Source: Gammaproteobacteria bacterium (GTDB taxonomy: Bacteria > Pseudomonadota > Gammaproteobacteria > Ga0077536). Taken from it: a stretch of DNA of 64,000 nt. The position numbers and the translations under genes were made by a program. A model generated the notes under the pieces. It made no database searches and was not told where the DNA came from. It saw only the letters and a program-made list of their open reading frames with translations. This document shows positions 1-8,858 of the stretch, one piece after another (positions within the stretch are counted from its first letter, which is position 1; each line of letters starts with the position of its first letter). The stretch lies in NCBI GenBank assembly GCA_963662545.2, contig CAXXLL010000002.1, forward strand, positions 2,336,001-2,400,000, written 5' to 3'.

Positions 1-66
1 ACGACGGATCATCGTGGTCGCATGCACCTTGGTAGAACGCTGAAAAATTAATTCTAGACTCGCCTG

Positions 67-588
67 TTAGCGCTCTAACAGACGCGGCATCAGTTCCACG
101 AGATTACACGGTCGCGTGCGGTAGTCGAGTTGATGGGAAATCAAGGCGTCCCAGCCCAGCGCACTGGCGCCGGGCGACCCCGGCAGGCAGAAGATGTACG
201 TTGCGTTCGCGACGCCCGCCACCGCGCGCGATTGCAGGGTCGAGGTCTTGATATCTTCGTAGGACAAGTCGCGAAACATCTCGCCGAATCCGTCCAGGAC
301 CTTGTCGAACAATGGCGTCATCGCTTCCGGCGTCCCGTCGCGACCAGTAACCCCCGTGCCGCCCGTCGACACCACGGCGTTGACGTTTTTATCGGCGATC
401 CACCTCGACACGATCGCCCGTATCGCGTAGATGTCATCCGCGCAGATCTGCTTGTCATACACCCGGTGACCGGCGGCCTTGGCACGCTCAGCCAGCAGCT
501 TGCCTGACTTGTCGGTCGCTTCCGTGCGGCTGTCCGACACCGTCAACACGGCAATGTTCAGGGGAATGAATTTTCGTTCAGTGGCCAT
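67..588 (-). CDS. moaB: Molybdenum cofactor biosynthesis protein B (MoaB/Mog family)
   Basis: IAVLTVSDSRT, TGGTGVTGRDGTPEA, FCLPGSPGA and C-terminal RPCNLVELMPRL typical of MoaB. Confidence 0.93.
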   Translation of the reverse strand: MATERKFIPLNIAVLTVSDSRTEATDKSGKLLAERAKAAGHRVYDKQICADDIYAIRAIVSRWIADKNVNAVVSTGGTGVTGRDGTPEAMTPLFDKVLDGFGEMFRDLSYEDIKTSTLQSRAVAGVANATYIFCLPGSPGASALGWDALISHQLDYRTRPCNLVELMPRLLER

Positions 589-697
589 GCGTCTCGACCT
601 GGGTTAGTGTCACTCGATAACCAGTTCTAGCACGGAATCCGACCGTCGGCGACTCCGAGTTCATGTCCATCCTAACCGTCAAGTTCGCCGAAGCTCA

Positions 698-1096
698 ATG
701 GAATCGGTGAGTTCGAAAGGCCAGCGCCTCGACCGCTGGTTATGGAGTGCGCGGTTTTTCAAGACCCGGGGCCTCGCGGCGAACGCCGTTAAAAACGGCC
801 GGGTCAAGGTCAAGGAAGTTCGCGCGAAGCCCGCCACTATGGTGAAAATCGGCGATCTGATTCACATCCGGCGCCCACCCTATGTCCACAAACTCATCGT
901 GCTAGGTTTGACCTCCAGGCGCGTATCCGCGAACCTCGCGCAGGAACTGTACGCCGAAACCGCAGACAGCATCGCGGTGCGCGAAGCATTGCGGCGAAAC
1001 CTCGCCCTCGACGCGGTCGTGGGGGAGCGCCGGTGGGGTCAATTAAACAAGAAGGAACGGCGGGAGCGCGAAAAACTCAAACGGAGCTTCCGATGA
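698..1096 (+). CDS. hslR: S4-domain ribosome-associated heat shock protein Hsp15
   Basis: RLDRWLWSARFFKTRGLA...GRVKV S4 motif; basic C-terminus KKERR. Confidence 0.88.
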   Translation: MESVSSKGQRLDRWLWSARFFKTRGLAANAVKNGRVKVKEVRAKPATMVKIGDLIHIRRPPYVHKLIVLGLTSRRVSANLAQELYAETADSIAVREALRRNLALDAVVGERRWGQLNKKERREREKLKRSFR

Positions 1097-1103
1097 GCAT
1101 CAC

Positions 1104-2093
1104 ATGCGCGAAGATACAGGACTAAGGCCTATGAACCTATCGGGGGATCCGCTGGAACTCGACCATGCCGTCGAGATCTATAACAGACTATCGGACAACA
1201 TAGCCCGGGCGATCACCGGCCAGGGACCGGTGATCCGGCACTTGCTAAGCGCGTTCCTGACGGGCGGCCACGTGCTGCTGGAAGATTACCCAGGGACCGG
1301 AAAAACGACGCTGGCCAAGGCACTGGCGCGGACCGTCGGTGCGCAATTCCAGCGCGTCCAGTTCACGCCGGATCTCTTGCCGACGGATATCCTGGGAGCA
1401 TCGGTCTACAACCAGCGCACGCAGGAATTCGTCATCCAGAAGGGTCCGATCTTCACCAACATCCTGCTTGCCGACGAAATCAACCGGGCATCACCGCGAA
1501 CACAGTCGGCGCTGCTCGAAGCCATGGGTGAAAGCCAGGTCAGTCTCGAGGGGCAGAAGTTCATCCTGGCGGATCCCTATTTTGTCATCGCCACGCAGAA
1601 TCCCGTCGAATTTCATGGAACCTATCCCCTGCCCGAAGCGCAGATGGATCGCTTCGCGCTCCGCCTGTCGCTGGGTTACGTGTCGGTCGAGGACGAGATG
1701 CACATCATCACCGCTAATAACCGCGGCCAGCCCCTGGACGAGATCGAGGCGTCGGTGAGTGTCGAGGAGGTGCTCGCCTTTCGACGAACTGCAGCCCGGA
1801 TCCCGATCACCGACGAACTCAAGCGCTATTTGGTCACGCTGTTCGCAGCCACGCGTGACGCCGAACGGATCGAACTCGGCGCCAGCCCACGCGCTTCGAT
1901 CGCACTGCTCAAATGCGCCCAGGCGCTCGCACTCTCTGACGGCATCGATTTTGTCACGCCCGACCTGATTCAGGAACTCGCGCCGCTGGCGCTGTGCCAT
2001 CGACTCGCCCTGCGCGCCGAAGCACGGTTCTCGGGGACCGCCGCGGCGACCCTCGTGGCGGAATTGTTGTCGACGGTGCCAGTCCCGAGGTAG
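1104..2093 (+). CDS. MoxR-family AAA+ ATPase
   Basis: HVLLEDYPGTGKT, RVQFTPDLLPTD, LADEINRASPRTQSALLEAM, TQNPVEFHGTYPLPEAQMDRF. Confidence 0.93.
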   Translation: MREDTGLRPMNLSGDPLELDHAVEIYNRLSDNIARAITGQGPVIRHLLSAFLTGGHVLLEDYPGTGKTTLAKALARTVGAQFQRVQFTPDLLPTDILGASVYNQRTQEFVIQKGPIFTNILLADEINRASPRTQSALLEAMGESQVSLEGQKFILADPYFVIATQNPVEFHGTYPLPEAQMDRFALRLSLGYVSVEDEMHIITANNRGQPLDEIEASVSVEEVLAFRRTAARIPITDELKRYLVTLFAATRDAERIELGASPRASIALLKCAQALALSDGIDFVTPDLIQELAPLALCHRLALRAEARFSGTAAATLVAELLSTVPVPR

Positions 2094-2101
2094 CGTGCGC
2101 C

Positions 2102-3472
2102 ATGTCGATGCCCCCGAGGTTTCTCTTCCGGCTGTTTCCACTGGCCGGCAGGACGAGTGCATGGGTTGAGCAAAGGTTCTCTCCCGCCGGCCGGCTCGTC
2201 GTCGGCCTGCTCGTCGCCGGCGTCCTGTTCGGTATCGACATACGGCAGACGCTGGGCTACCAGATCGCCGCATTGAACTTCGCACTGCTCATAACCAGTT
2301 TGATATTCAGCGTGCGCTGGAAGCCGGGCATCTCTGTGGTGAGGGTCCTGCCGCAGCACGTGACGGCCACGATCCCCACCAGTTACTGGCTGGAAATTAC
2401 GAACCACAGCAACCGCCTGGAACGCGACCTCATCGTCCACGATCGGCTGCCCAATCCGCGCATCAGCTTTGATGATTATCGACGTGCGCTAGTCTTCGGG
2501 GCGGGGGCGGGGGCGACCACGAACTGGTTTGATCACGCAGTCGGGTTTCCTCGTTGGGTCGAAATGCGAAGAAACTTGCGCGGCGCCGAGATCGAATCTC
2601 AACGCGTACCCGCGATTCCCCCGGCGACGACGATCCGAATCAAGGTGCCATTGACCGTCAGAAGGCGCGGCTGGGTCCATTTTGACACCGTTCATCTGCT
2701 GCGGCCGGATCCGCTCGGGCTGTTTCGCGCGCGATACACCATCAAGGACAAGGCGGAACTGCTGTCCCTCCCCCGGCGCTATGCGACGCCCCGCATCAAA
2801 CTGCGATCGGAGCGCCGCTACCAGAAAGGCGGAATCAGCCTCGCGATGGCGGTCGGAGACTCTCAGGAATTCGCTTCGCTGAGGGATTACCAGCCGGGCG
2901 ATCCGCGCCGGCACATCCACTGGCGCAGCTTCGCCAAGACCGGCAAGCTGATCGTCAAGCAATACCAGGACGAATATTTCGACCGTCACGCGCTGGTGAT
3001 CGATACGCATCTCGTTCATGCCCGGCCCGCCTTGTTCGAGGCGGTCATTTCAGTCGGCGCCTCGATCGCGGGTGGCGAGAAACCGCGCGATTCCATTTTG
3101 GACGTCATTTTTGCGGGATCGGAGGTCGTGCAGTTGAGCGTCGGCCGCGGCCTTGGCGACGCGTTGCAGGCGCTCGCCTATCTGGCCGAAATCCAGCCGT
3201 GCGATGACGGCGATATTAACCAGCTTGCCGAACTGCTGCGGGAACGCACGGCGCAATTCGCCAGCGTCATCCTCGTGCTCGGGCGCATGGACGCTGCCCG
3301 GGAGGCGCTGATCAGCGATCTCGCGCAGCACGGCGTACCGTCGGTCAAGCTTTACGTGACCGAGGAAGACAGCGCCGATCCAGGCGCCGCGGACACCCCT
3401 CAGCACGATGTGTTCAGAATACGCTGCGAACATATCGCCGAGGATTTGGCGCGCGTGGAGATGAAGTCTTGA
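2102..3472 (+). CDS. DUF58 domain membrane protein (MoxR partner)
   Basis: EFASLRDYQPGDPRRHIHWRSFAKTGKLIVK DUF58 signature; two N-terminal TM helices; start moved to the in-frame ATG at 2102 just after the MoxR stop. Confidence 0.88.
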   Translation: MSMPPRFLFRLFPLAGRTSAWVEQRFSPAGRLVVGLLVAGVLFGIDIRQTLGYQIAALNFALLITSLIFSVRWKPGISVVRVLPQHVTATIPTSYWLEITNHSNRLERDLIVHDRLPNPRISFDDYRRALVFGAGAGATTNWFDHAVGFPRWVEMRRNLRGAEIESQRVPAIPPATTIRIKVPLTVRRRGWVHFDTVHLLRPDPLGLFRARYTIKDKAELLSLPRRYATPRIKLRSERRYQKGGISLAMAVGDSQEFASLRDYQPGDPRRHIHWRSFAKTGKLIVKQYQDEYFDRHALVIDTHLVHARPALFEAVISVGASIAGGEKPRDSILDVIFAGSEVVQLSVGRGLGDALQALAYLAEIQPCDDGDINQLAELLRERTAQFASVILVLGRMDAAREALISDLAQHGVPSVKLYVTEEDSADPGAADTPQHDVFRIRCEHIAEDLARVEMKS

Positions 3473-5481
3473 GCAGCGCCGCCTCGAAATCAGCCGTTCT
3501 TACGCCCATACCGAGATTCTGGATCAGTTTTTCATTACTCGCCTGGGGCGGTTTCACCAATAACCTCGCGGGCGCTTTCGTCATGGCCTTGATGATCGAG
3601 GCCATTGGCTTCATTTCGATCAAATGGGCGATGGCGGATCGCGAATTTCATCGGGCGGCGGATCTCACGAGCGTAATTTTTGCGCTCGTCACCGTCATCC
3701 AATTTTCGCGCTACTCGGTGCACGGCATCTACGCGATCCTGACCGTCGCGCCGTATTGCCTATTCCCGTTGATCCTCGCGCAGCGGGCGAGCACCCGGCA
3801 AACGATACCGATGAGCGCGCTGTTCTACAGCCTGCGCAAATCCGAATCCGGGGATCAACGTCTCGACATTACGCCGCATTTCATCGCTGTGTGTATCGTC
3901 GCTGCCAGTACCTCGTCCCGTGGCGGCGGCTACTTCGTCGCCGTGATCGCTATCATCGTAATCGGCATGCTCCTCGTCGCGCGTCCACGCCGCTACCGCG
4001 GGTGGCACTGGGCAACAGTGATGCTGCTGGCGCTGGGCCTCGCGGTCGCGACGCAGATGGGCATGCTGTATGCGCACCGTTCACTGGAGTCGTCCGTCAT
4101 GTACTGGGTCGACCAGTTTCCGTGGTCGCCCGATCCCAATCGAGCAGTGACGGCGATCGGCGCGATCGGGCGACTCAAGCTTTCCGACCGCATACGGGTT
4201 CGCGTGACGCCGAGTGCACAACTCAAGCTGCCCCTCATGCTGCAGGAGGCCACCTACGATTCGTTTCGATTCGGCACCTGGTCGGCGCTCGACGCCGAAT
4301 TCGAGGCCGTCGACAAGGTAGCCGGGCGCAATGAGTGGCTGGTCGCCGCCGGCGGCGGGGATGATCCCACGACCATTGAGATCACCGTCCAGCACCGACG
4401 TGCACTCGTGCTGTTACCGACGCCGCGGGGTTCTCGTCGTATCGCCAGTGACGAGATCGCGGAGCTACAGGACAATCCCTTCGGTTCGCTGATGGCGGAA
4501 TCGCCCCCCGGAGCACTCCGATTTCGTGCGACCATCGATGGCACCGAAGGCATCGAGCCACCGCCGCGCCCGCGCGATTTAGTCGTCCCGGACGGATACC
4601 AGTCGGTCGTGAGCCGCACCGTTGCGGAGATCGGGATTACCGGCTTGGACCAGCGTGATGCCGCTGCGCGGATCCGGCAGTTCTTTTTGGACAACTTCAC
4701 CTACAGCCTGATCCAGAAAGGCAGGTATGCGTGGCGGACGCCGCTCGCGCATTTCCTGACTGAGACGCGGCGGGGTCATTGCGAATATTTCGCGACGGCG
4801 ACGGTGCTCCTGCTGCGCGAAGCAGGCATACCGGCCCGCTATGCCGTCGGCTATGTGGTCGAGAATTACAGCGCGCTCGAGCGCATGTATATCGCGAGGG
4901 CCCGCCATGCCCACAGCTGGGCACTCGCTTACATCGACGGACGTTGGGTCACAGTCGATTCGACCCCGTCCGTCTGGTATGAACTCGAAGACCAGCAGGC
5001 CTCACACTGGCAGGGGATCCAGGATTTCCTATCGTGGGCGTGGTTCCGCTACCAGCGCTTGAGCCAAGAGGATATGAGCGATATCGGCGACGTGATGATC
5101 TGGCTGGTGCCGCCGCTCGCCGTGGTGCTCTATTTCAGGCTGCGGAGAAGTCCGACGGCCGTACGTGTCGCGCGCCGGAAGAAGACCCGAGGCGATGCGA
5201 CGGAGGGCGTCGATTCTCCCTTGGCGGTGCTCCTGGGCAAGCTTCAGGCGCGCGGCCTGACCCCGGCGAGCGGCGAAACGCTGGGGGGCTTCCTGCGCCG
5301 TACCGTGCCGGTTTCAAGCGCCGGGATCAGGCGTGCGGAGATCATCAGCATCTATTATCGATGGCGATTCTCGCCTCACACCAATGCCGCCCGCGACGCA
5401 GCCCTGCTACGGGAAAAAGCCGAGATTTTTAGCGCTGAGCAAGACCGGAATTCTCACCCCGATCCGTCGCAAAGTCCTTGA
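3469..5481 (+). CDS. Membrane transglutaminase-like (TgpA-type) protein
   Basis: Multiple N-terminal TM helices; GHCEYFATA, HAHSW and DST Cys-His-Asp triad; overlaps the DUF58 stop. Confidence 0.88.
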   Translation: MSSAASKSAVLTPIPRFWISFSLLAWGGFTNNLAGAFVMALMIEAIGFISIKWAMADREFHRAADLTSVIFALVTVIQFSRYSVHGIYAILTVAPYCLFPLILAQRASTRQTIPMSALFYSLRKSESGDQRLDITPHFIAVCIVAASTSSRGGGYFVAVIAIIVIGMLLVARPRRYRGWHWATVMLLALGLAVATQMGMLYAHRSLESSVMYWVDQFPWSPDPNRAVTAIGAIGRLKLSDRIRVRVTPSAQLKLPLMLQEATYDSFRFGTWSALDAEFEAVDKVAGRNEWLVAAGGGDDPTTIEITVQHRRALVLLPTPRGSRRIASDEIAELQDNPFGSLMAESPPGALRFRATIDGTEGIEPPPRPRDLVVPDGYQSVVSRTVAEIGITGLDQRDAAARIRQFFLDNFTYSLIQKGRYAWRTPLAHFLTETRRGHCEYFATATVLLLREAGIPARYAVGYVVENYSALERMYIARARHAHSWALAYIDGRWVTVDSTPSVWYELEDQQASHWQGIQDFLSWAWFRYQRLSQEDMSDIGDVMIWLVPPLAVVLYFRLRRSPTAVRVARRKKTRGDATEGVDSPLAVLLGKLQARGLTPASGETLGGFLRRTVPVSSAGIRRAEIISIYYRWRFSPHTNAARDAALLREKAEIFSAEQDRNSHPDPSQSP

Positions 5482-5507
5482 GATCCCGCTGTGACGGGGC
5501 GCACGGA

Positions 5508-6233
5508 CTAGCCGCTTGAACTGTCGAGCGCTTCACGCAAGAGTCGACGCTCGTCTTCGGATTCGACCTTTCTGATATAGCGGTCGGCGATCGGCGGCGG
5601 GATCAATCCCTGGAAAATGACGCGCCGCTTCTCGTCGGTTGACAATCCCGAGTTCTCAAGAAATTCCATCGGCTCTATTGCACTGCGTTCCAGCATGATC
5701 GCGTTTTCATTGGCCACGTCGCGCATGACCGCGTGGTTGGGCGTCAGACGGCCGTTGATGAACCTGTTCGATGCCAGTCTATTTTCGTAAATCGCCCGGA
5801 TCTCCAGTTTGTATCCGCCGATCAAAACGGGATTGATCGTTTCTTCGAGCTGCGACTCGATGTTCGTGATACGGCTCAATACCAAATCCGACCAGTCGGT
5901 GCCCGCCTCGTTCAAGCGATCCAGTGCGCCGTAGATCTCGAGAATGTTATTAATGCTGAGCGAATGATAGACGTCGTGGATGAAGGCAAAATTTCGCGCC
6001 GTGGCGAGCCCTTCGAAACCACTGTAACCCATCACGCGGTAAATGTTTTCGTATTCCGGGACTGCGGCATTGAACCCGATACTGCATACCATTTGGGCGT
6101 CCTTGAGCCCGAGTTGTTGAGCGATCTGCTCCCGCCGTACATCAGTGTCGTCGAGCGGACCGACGCGGGTCGCGGCAAAAATCGCGATCAATTCATCGGA
6201 TGACGCGTGCAGCAAGGTTTCGAAGGAATACAT
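5508..6233 (-). CDS. Hypothetical soluble, probably helical protein
   Basis: Long ORF with protein-like composition; start probably at MYSF (6233); no family recognised. Confidence 0.65.
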   Translation of the reverse strand: MYSFETLLHASSDELIAIFAATRVGPLDDTDVRREQIAQQLGLKDAQMVCSIGFNAAVPEYENIYRVMGYSGFEGLATARNFAFIHDVYHSLSINNILEIYGALDRLNEAGTDWSDLVLSRITNIESQLEETINPVLIGGYKLEIRAIYENRLASNRFINGRLTPNHAVMRDVANENAIMLERSAIEPMEFLENSGLSTDEKRRVIFQGLIPPPIADRYIRKVESEDERRLLREALDSSSG

Positions 6234-6551
6234 GCTAGAACCCATCTCAAAATTATTCGGGCCCACGTTGCCCCCTGAAAATCGTGATTGCAAGGCGCAG
6301 CGCGCAGGGCATGGTGGTTCCATGTTCAAGCGCTGCAACGCAGCAAACGCGGTTTTCAGGGGGCAACCCGAAGGGCTGGTGGCCCATTTCGCACATTTCG
6401 GCGTTGCTCGTCGTTCATTTAGCTAATGCTTTGCAACACTCCTCGCGCCTTGAACTGTACGAAAACGGCCGCCAGCGTGGGCCCGAATATTTTTGAGATG
6501 GGTTCTAATTACATTCTAGCAGGCCGATGCCGCCAAATTAGCTCCTGTGAA

Positions 6552-6872
6552 TCAATCGTCAGCCGGCCATTCAACAATGACGCGGCCCGCGATCACCTGG
6601 GCGGGCAGTTCCTTCAAAGACCACTTTTCCCCGAACAGGCAGCGGCCGTCGGGCATCTCGAACTGCCAGCCGTGCCGCGCGCAGGTTACCCGCGATCCGC
6701 GGATACCCGACGCCATGATCTCCATGCCCTGGTGGGTGCAGAAAGCGCGGAATGCGCGTACGCGATCACCGTCTCTGACGACCAGGATGGGATAATCATC
6801 GGTGATGTACTTCACGGCCTGGCGGTCGAGGAGCGCGGCGAATTCGCACACGTCCATGCGCTCGGCGGCCAC
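6552..6872 (-). CDS. Rieske [2Fe-2S] ferredoxin
   Basis: CTHQG...CARHGWQF Rieske ligand boxes. Confidence 0.85.
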   Translation of the reverse strand: MAAERMDVCEFAALLDRQAVKYITDDYPILVVRDGDRVRAFRAFCTHQGMEIMASGIRGSRVTCARHGWQFEMPDGRCLFGEKWSLKELPAQVIAGRVIVEWPADD

Positions 6873-7179
6873 TGCAGCTAGGCTCCGTAGCTCGACACGG
6901 CGAGCTCAAGCGGGCAGGTTCGCGCATCTGAGGAGTCGCTTGGCTGCAGCCGGCGCAATGTTCTTACCATCGGTTTGAAACCGTGTGCCGGGCGCAGAAC
7001 CGGATGAGAAAAAAGTCCCACAGGGAGCGCAGGCTTTCGACGATATACCGTGCTACCGGGCAGCTTGCCAGCGCAACATCCGTGATAAAAACGCCCCCTC
7101 GGCGGCCGCTCGATTTCACCCGGCATGACGAGCAGCCCCTCGGCGTGCGGGCTACGCGCAGTCCTCGAATCGGTTCCCT

Positions 7180-8688
7180 TCACGATCCTCCTCCCAGCCC
7201 GGCGCCGATCATGTACGGCATCCAGAACAGGGCCGCGAGCGCGACGACGACGATCGCGACGATATTGATCACGAACCCGGCCTGCGCCATTTCGGGAATG
7301 CTGACCCTGCCCGATGAAAACACGATCGCATTCGGAGGCGTCGCCACGGGCATCATGAACGCGCAACTCGCGGCCAGTGCCGTGACGATGATGATCGGAA
7401 TCGGTTCGAGACCGAGCGTAACAGCCGCCGCCGCGAGGACGGGCACCAGGGTCGTCGTCGTCGCGGTATTGCTGGTCAACTCGGTCAGAAAAGCCACGCC
7501 GGTGATCACCGCGACGAACGCAAGCCACGTGGGAACGTCCCCGAGTCCCACGAGTTGCGCGCCGATGAAGCGATCGGCGCCGGTGGCCGACACGGTGGCG
7601 GCCAAGGTCAGCCCACCACCGAACAGGAGCAGTGTTCCGAGCGGCAGCTTTTCGGCGTCGGACCAGGACATGATGAATTCGCGCCGGTGCCAATTCGTCG
7701 GAATCGCAAACAGCGACAAACCGGCGAGCATCGCGATACCGGTATCGGTCAGCCCCGCCAGGGGCTTCGCGCCCGATACCTCCAGCATCGTCAACCAAGG
7801 ACGCCCAACCCATGCTGAGACGGTCAATACGAACACGGCGGCCGTCCATTTCGCGCCGCGCGCCAGCCCGCGCCAACCGCGGTCGGGCGCACTTGGCGCC
7901 GGCAGACTGGCGACGATATCACGTCGTATTGGGACGATGTGGCGCGTCAACAAATACCATGTCGCGGGCAGGAGCACGGCAACGATCGGTAAGGCCATCG
8001 ACATCCACAACCGAAAGTCGAGGCTTACCCCGTAATAATCTTCGATATAAGACGCCACGAATACGTTCGGCGGTGATCCGATGAGGGTCCCCATGCCGCC
8101 GATCGTAGCCGCATAAGCGATTGCCAGCAGCAGACAGCGGGCAAAGCGGCGCGCCTCGTCGCGCGGCGCCGTTCGATCGACCTGATTCACCATACTGATC
8201 GCGATCGGCAACATCATGATCGTGGTCGCGGTGTTCGACAGCCACATACTCGAAAATGCGGTGATCCCCATGAATCCCCCGACTAGATGATAGGCGTCGC
8301 CGCCGGTGACGCGGACGACTCTTTTTGCGATCCAGCGGTGCAGGCCCCATTTTTCTATCGCAATCGCCAAAAGGAATCCACCCAAAAACAGAAAGATCAG
8401 GGGATGTGCATAGGGCGTGGTGACCTGCCGCACGGAGCCGAGGCCGAGCAGCGGAAACGCCACGATGGGCAACAGTGCGGTGACCGGAACCGGCACGGCC
8501 TCGGTCAACCACCACACGGCCATCCACACGGCCATCGCGAGGGTAGCGCGCGCCGTGTCCGACAGCGCGACGAGATCGCCGTTCGGGATCGTGTATTCGA
8601 AGGGCAGCGTGAAGTAAAAAATGATGGCCGCAAAAGGCCCCGCAATGATTGCGAGATTGCTCAAACGCCTTAGCACATCGATGCGCAT
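7180..8688 (-). CDS. DASS/SLC13 anion:sodium symporter
   Basis: WWLTEAVP, SMWLSNTATT, GTLIGSPPN, TSNTATT, AFMMPVATPPNAIV. Confidence 0.93.
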   Translation of the reverse strand: MRIDVLRRLSNLAIIAGPFAAIIFYFTLPFEYTIPNGDLVALSDTARATLAMAVWMAVWWLTEAVPVPVTALLPIVAFPLLGLGSVRQVTTPYAHPLIFLFLGGFLLAIAIEKWGLHRWIAKRVVRVTGGDAYHLVGGFMGITAFSSMWLSNTATTIMMLPIAISMVNQVDRTAPRDEARRFARCLLLAIAYAATIGGMGTLIGSPPNVFVASYIEDYYGVSLDFRLWMSMALPIVAVLLPATWYLLTRHIVPIRRDIVASLPAPSAPDRGWRGLARGAKWTAAVFVLTVSAWVGRPWLTMLEVSGAKPLAGLTDTGIAMLAGLSLFAIPTNWHRREFIMSWSDAEKLPLGTLLLFGGGLTLAATVSATGADRFIGAQLVGLGDVPTWLAFVAVITGVAFLTELTSNTATTTTLVPVLAAAAVTLGLEPIPIIIVTALAASCAFMMPVATPPNAIVFSSGRVSIPEMAQAGFVINIVAIVVVALAALFWMPYMIGAGLGGGS

Positions 8689-8858
8689 TTCGATAAAAAA
8701 CTGCCTGACGGGGGTTTTTTCGCGGCCTCGCCAGTATAACCACAGGCCTGAACCGTGCCTCTCTCAGCAGGTCAAATAGCTTTTTTATCTCTAGGCCGGC
8801 TGGTAACATACGGCTCAAACTTCACGTACCGTCATAAATCAATTCTGAGAATTCGCTC

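Noticed and set aside
6878-7178. Possible degenerate MITE (ctaggctccgtagctc ... gggctacgcgcagtcct) and ORF 6878-7876
   Set aside because: Inverted ends match only loosely, no second copy or target duplication; the ORF is an Arg-rich off-frame shadow of the DASS gene
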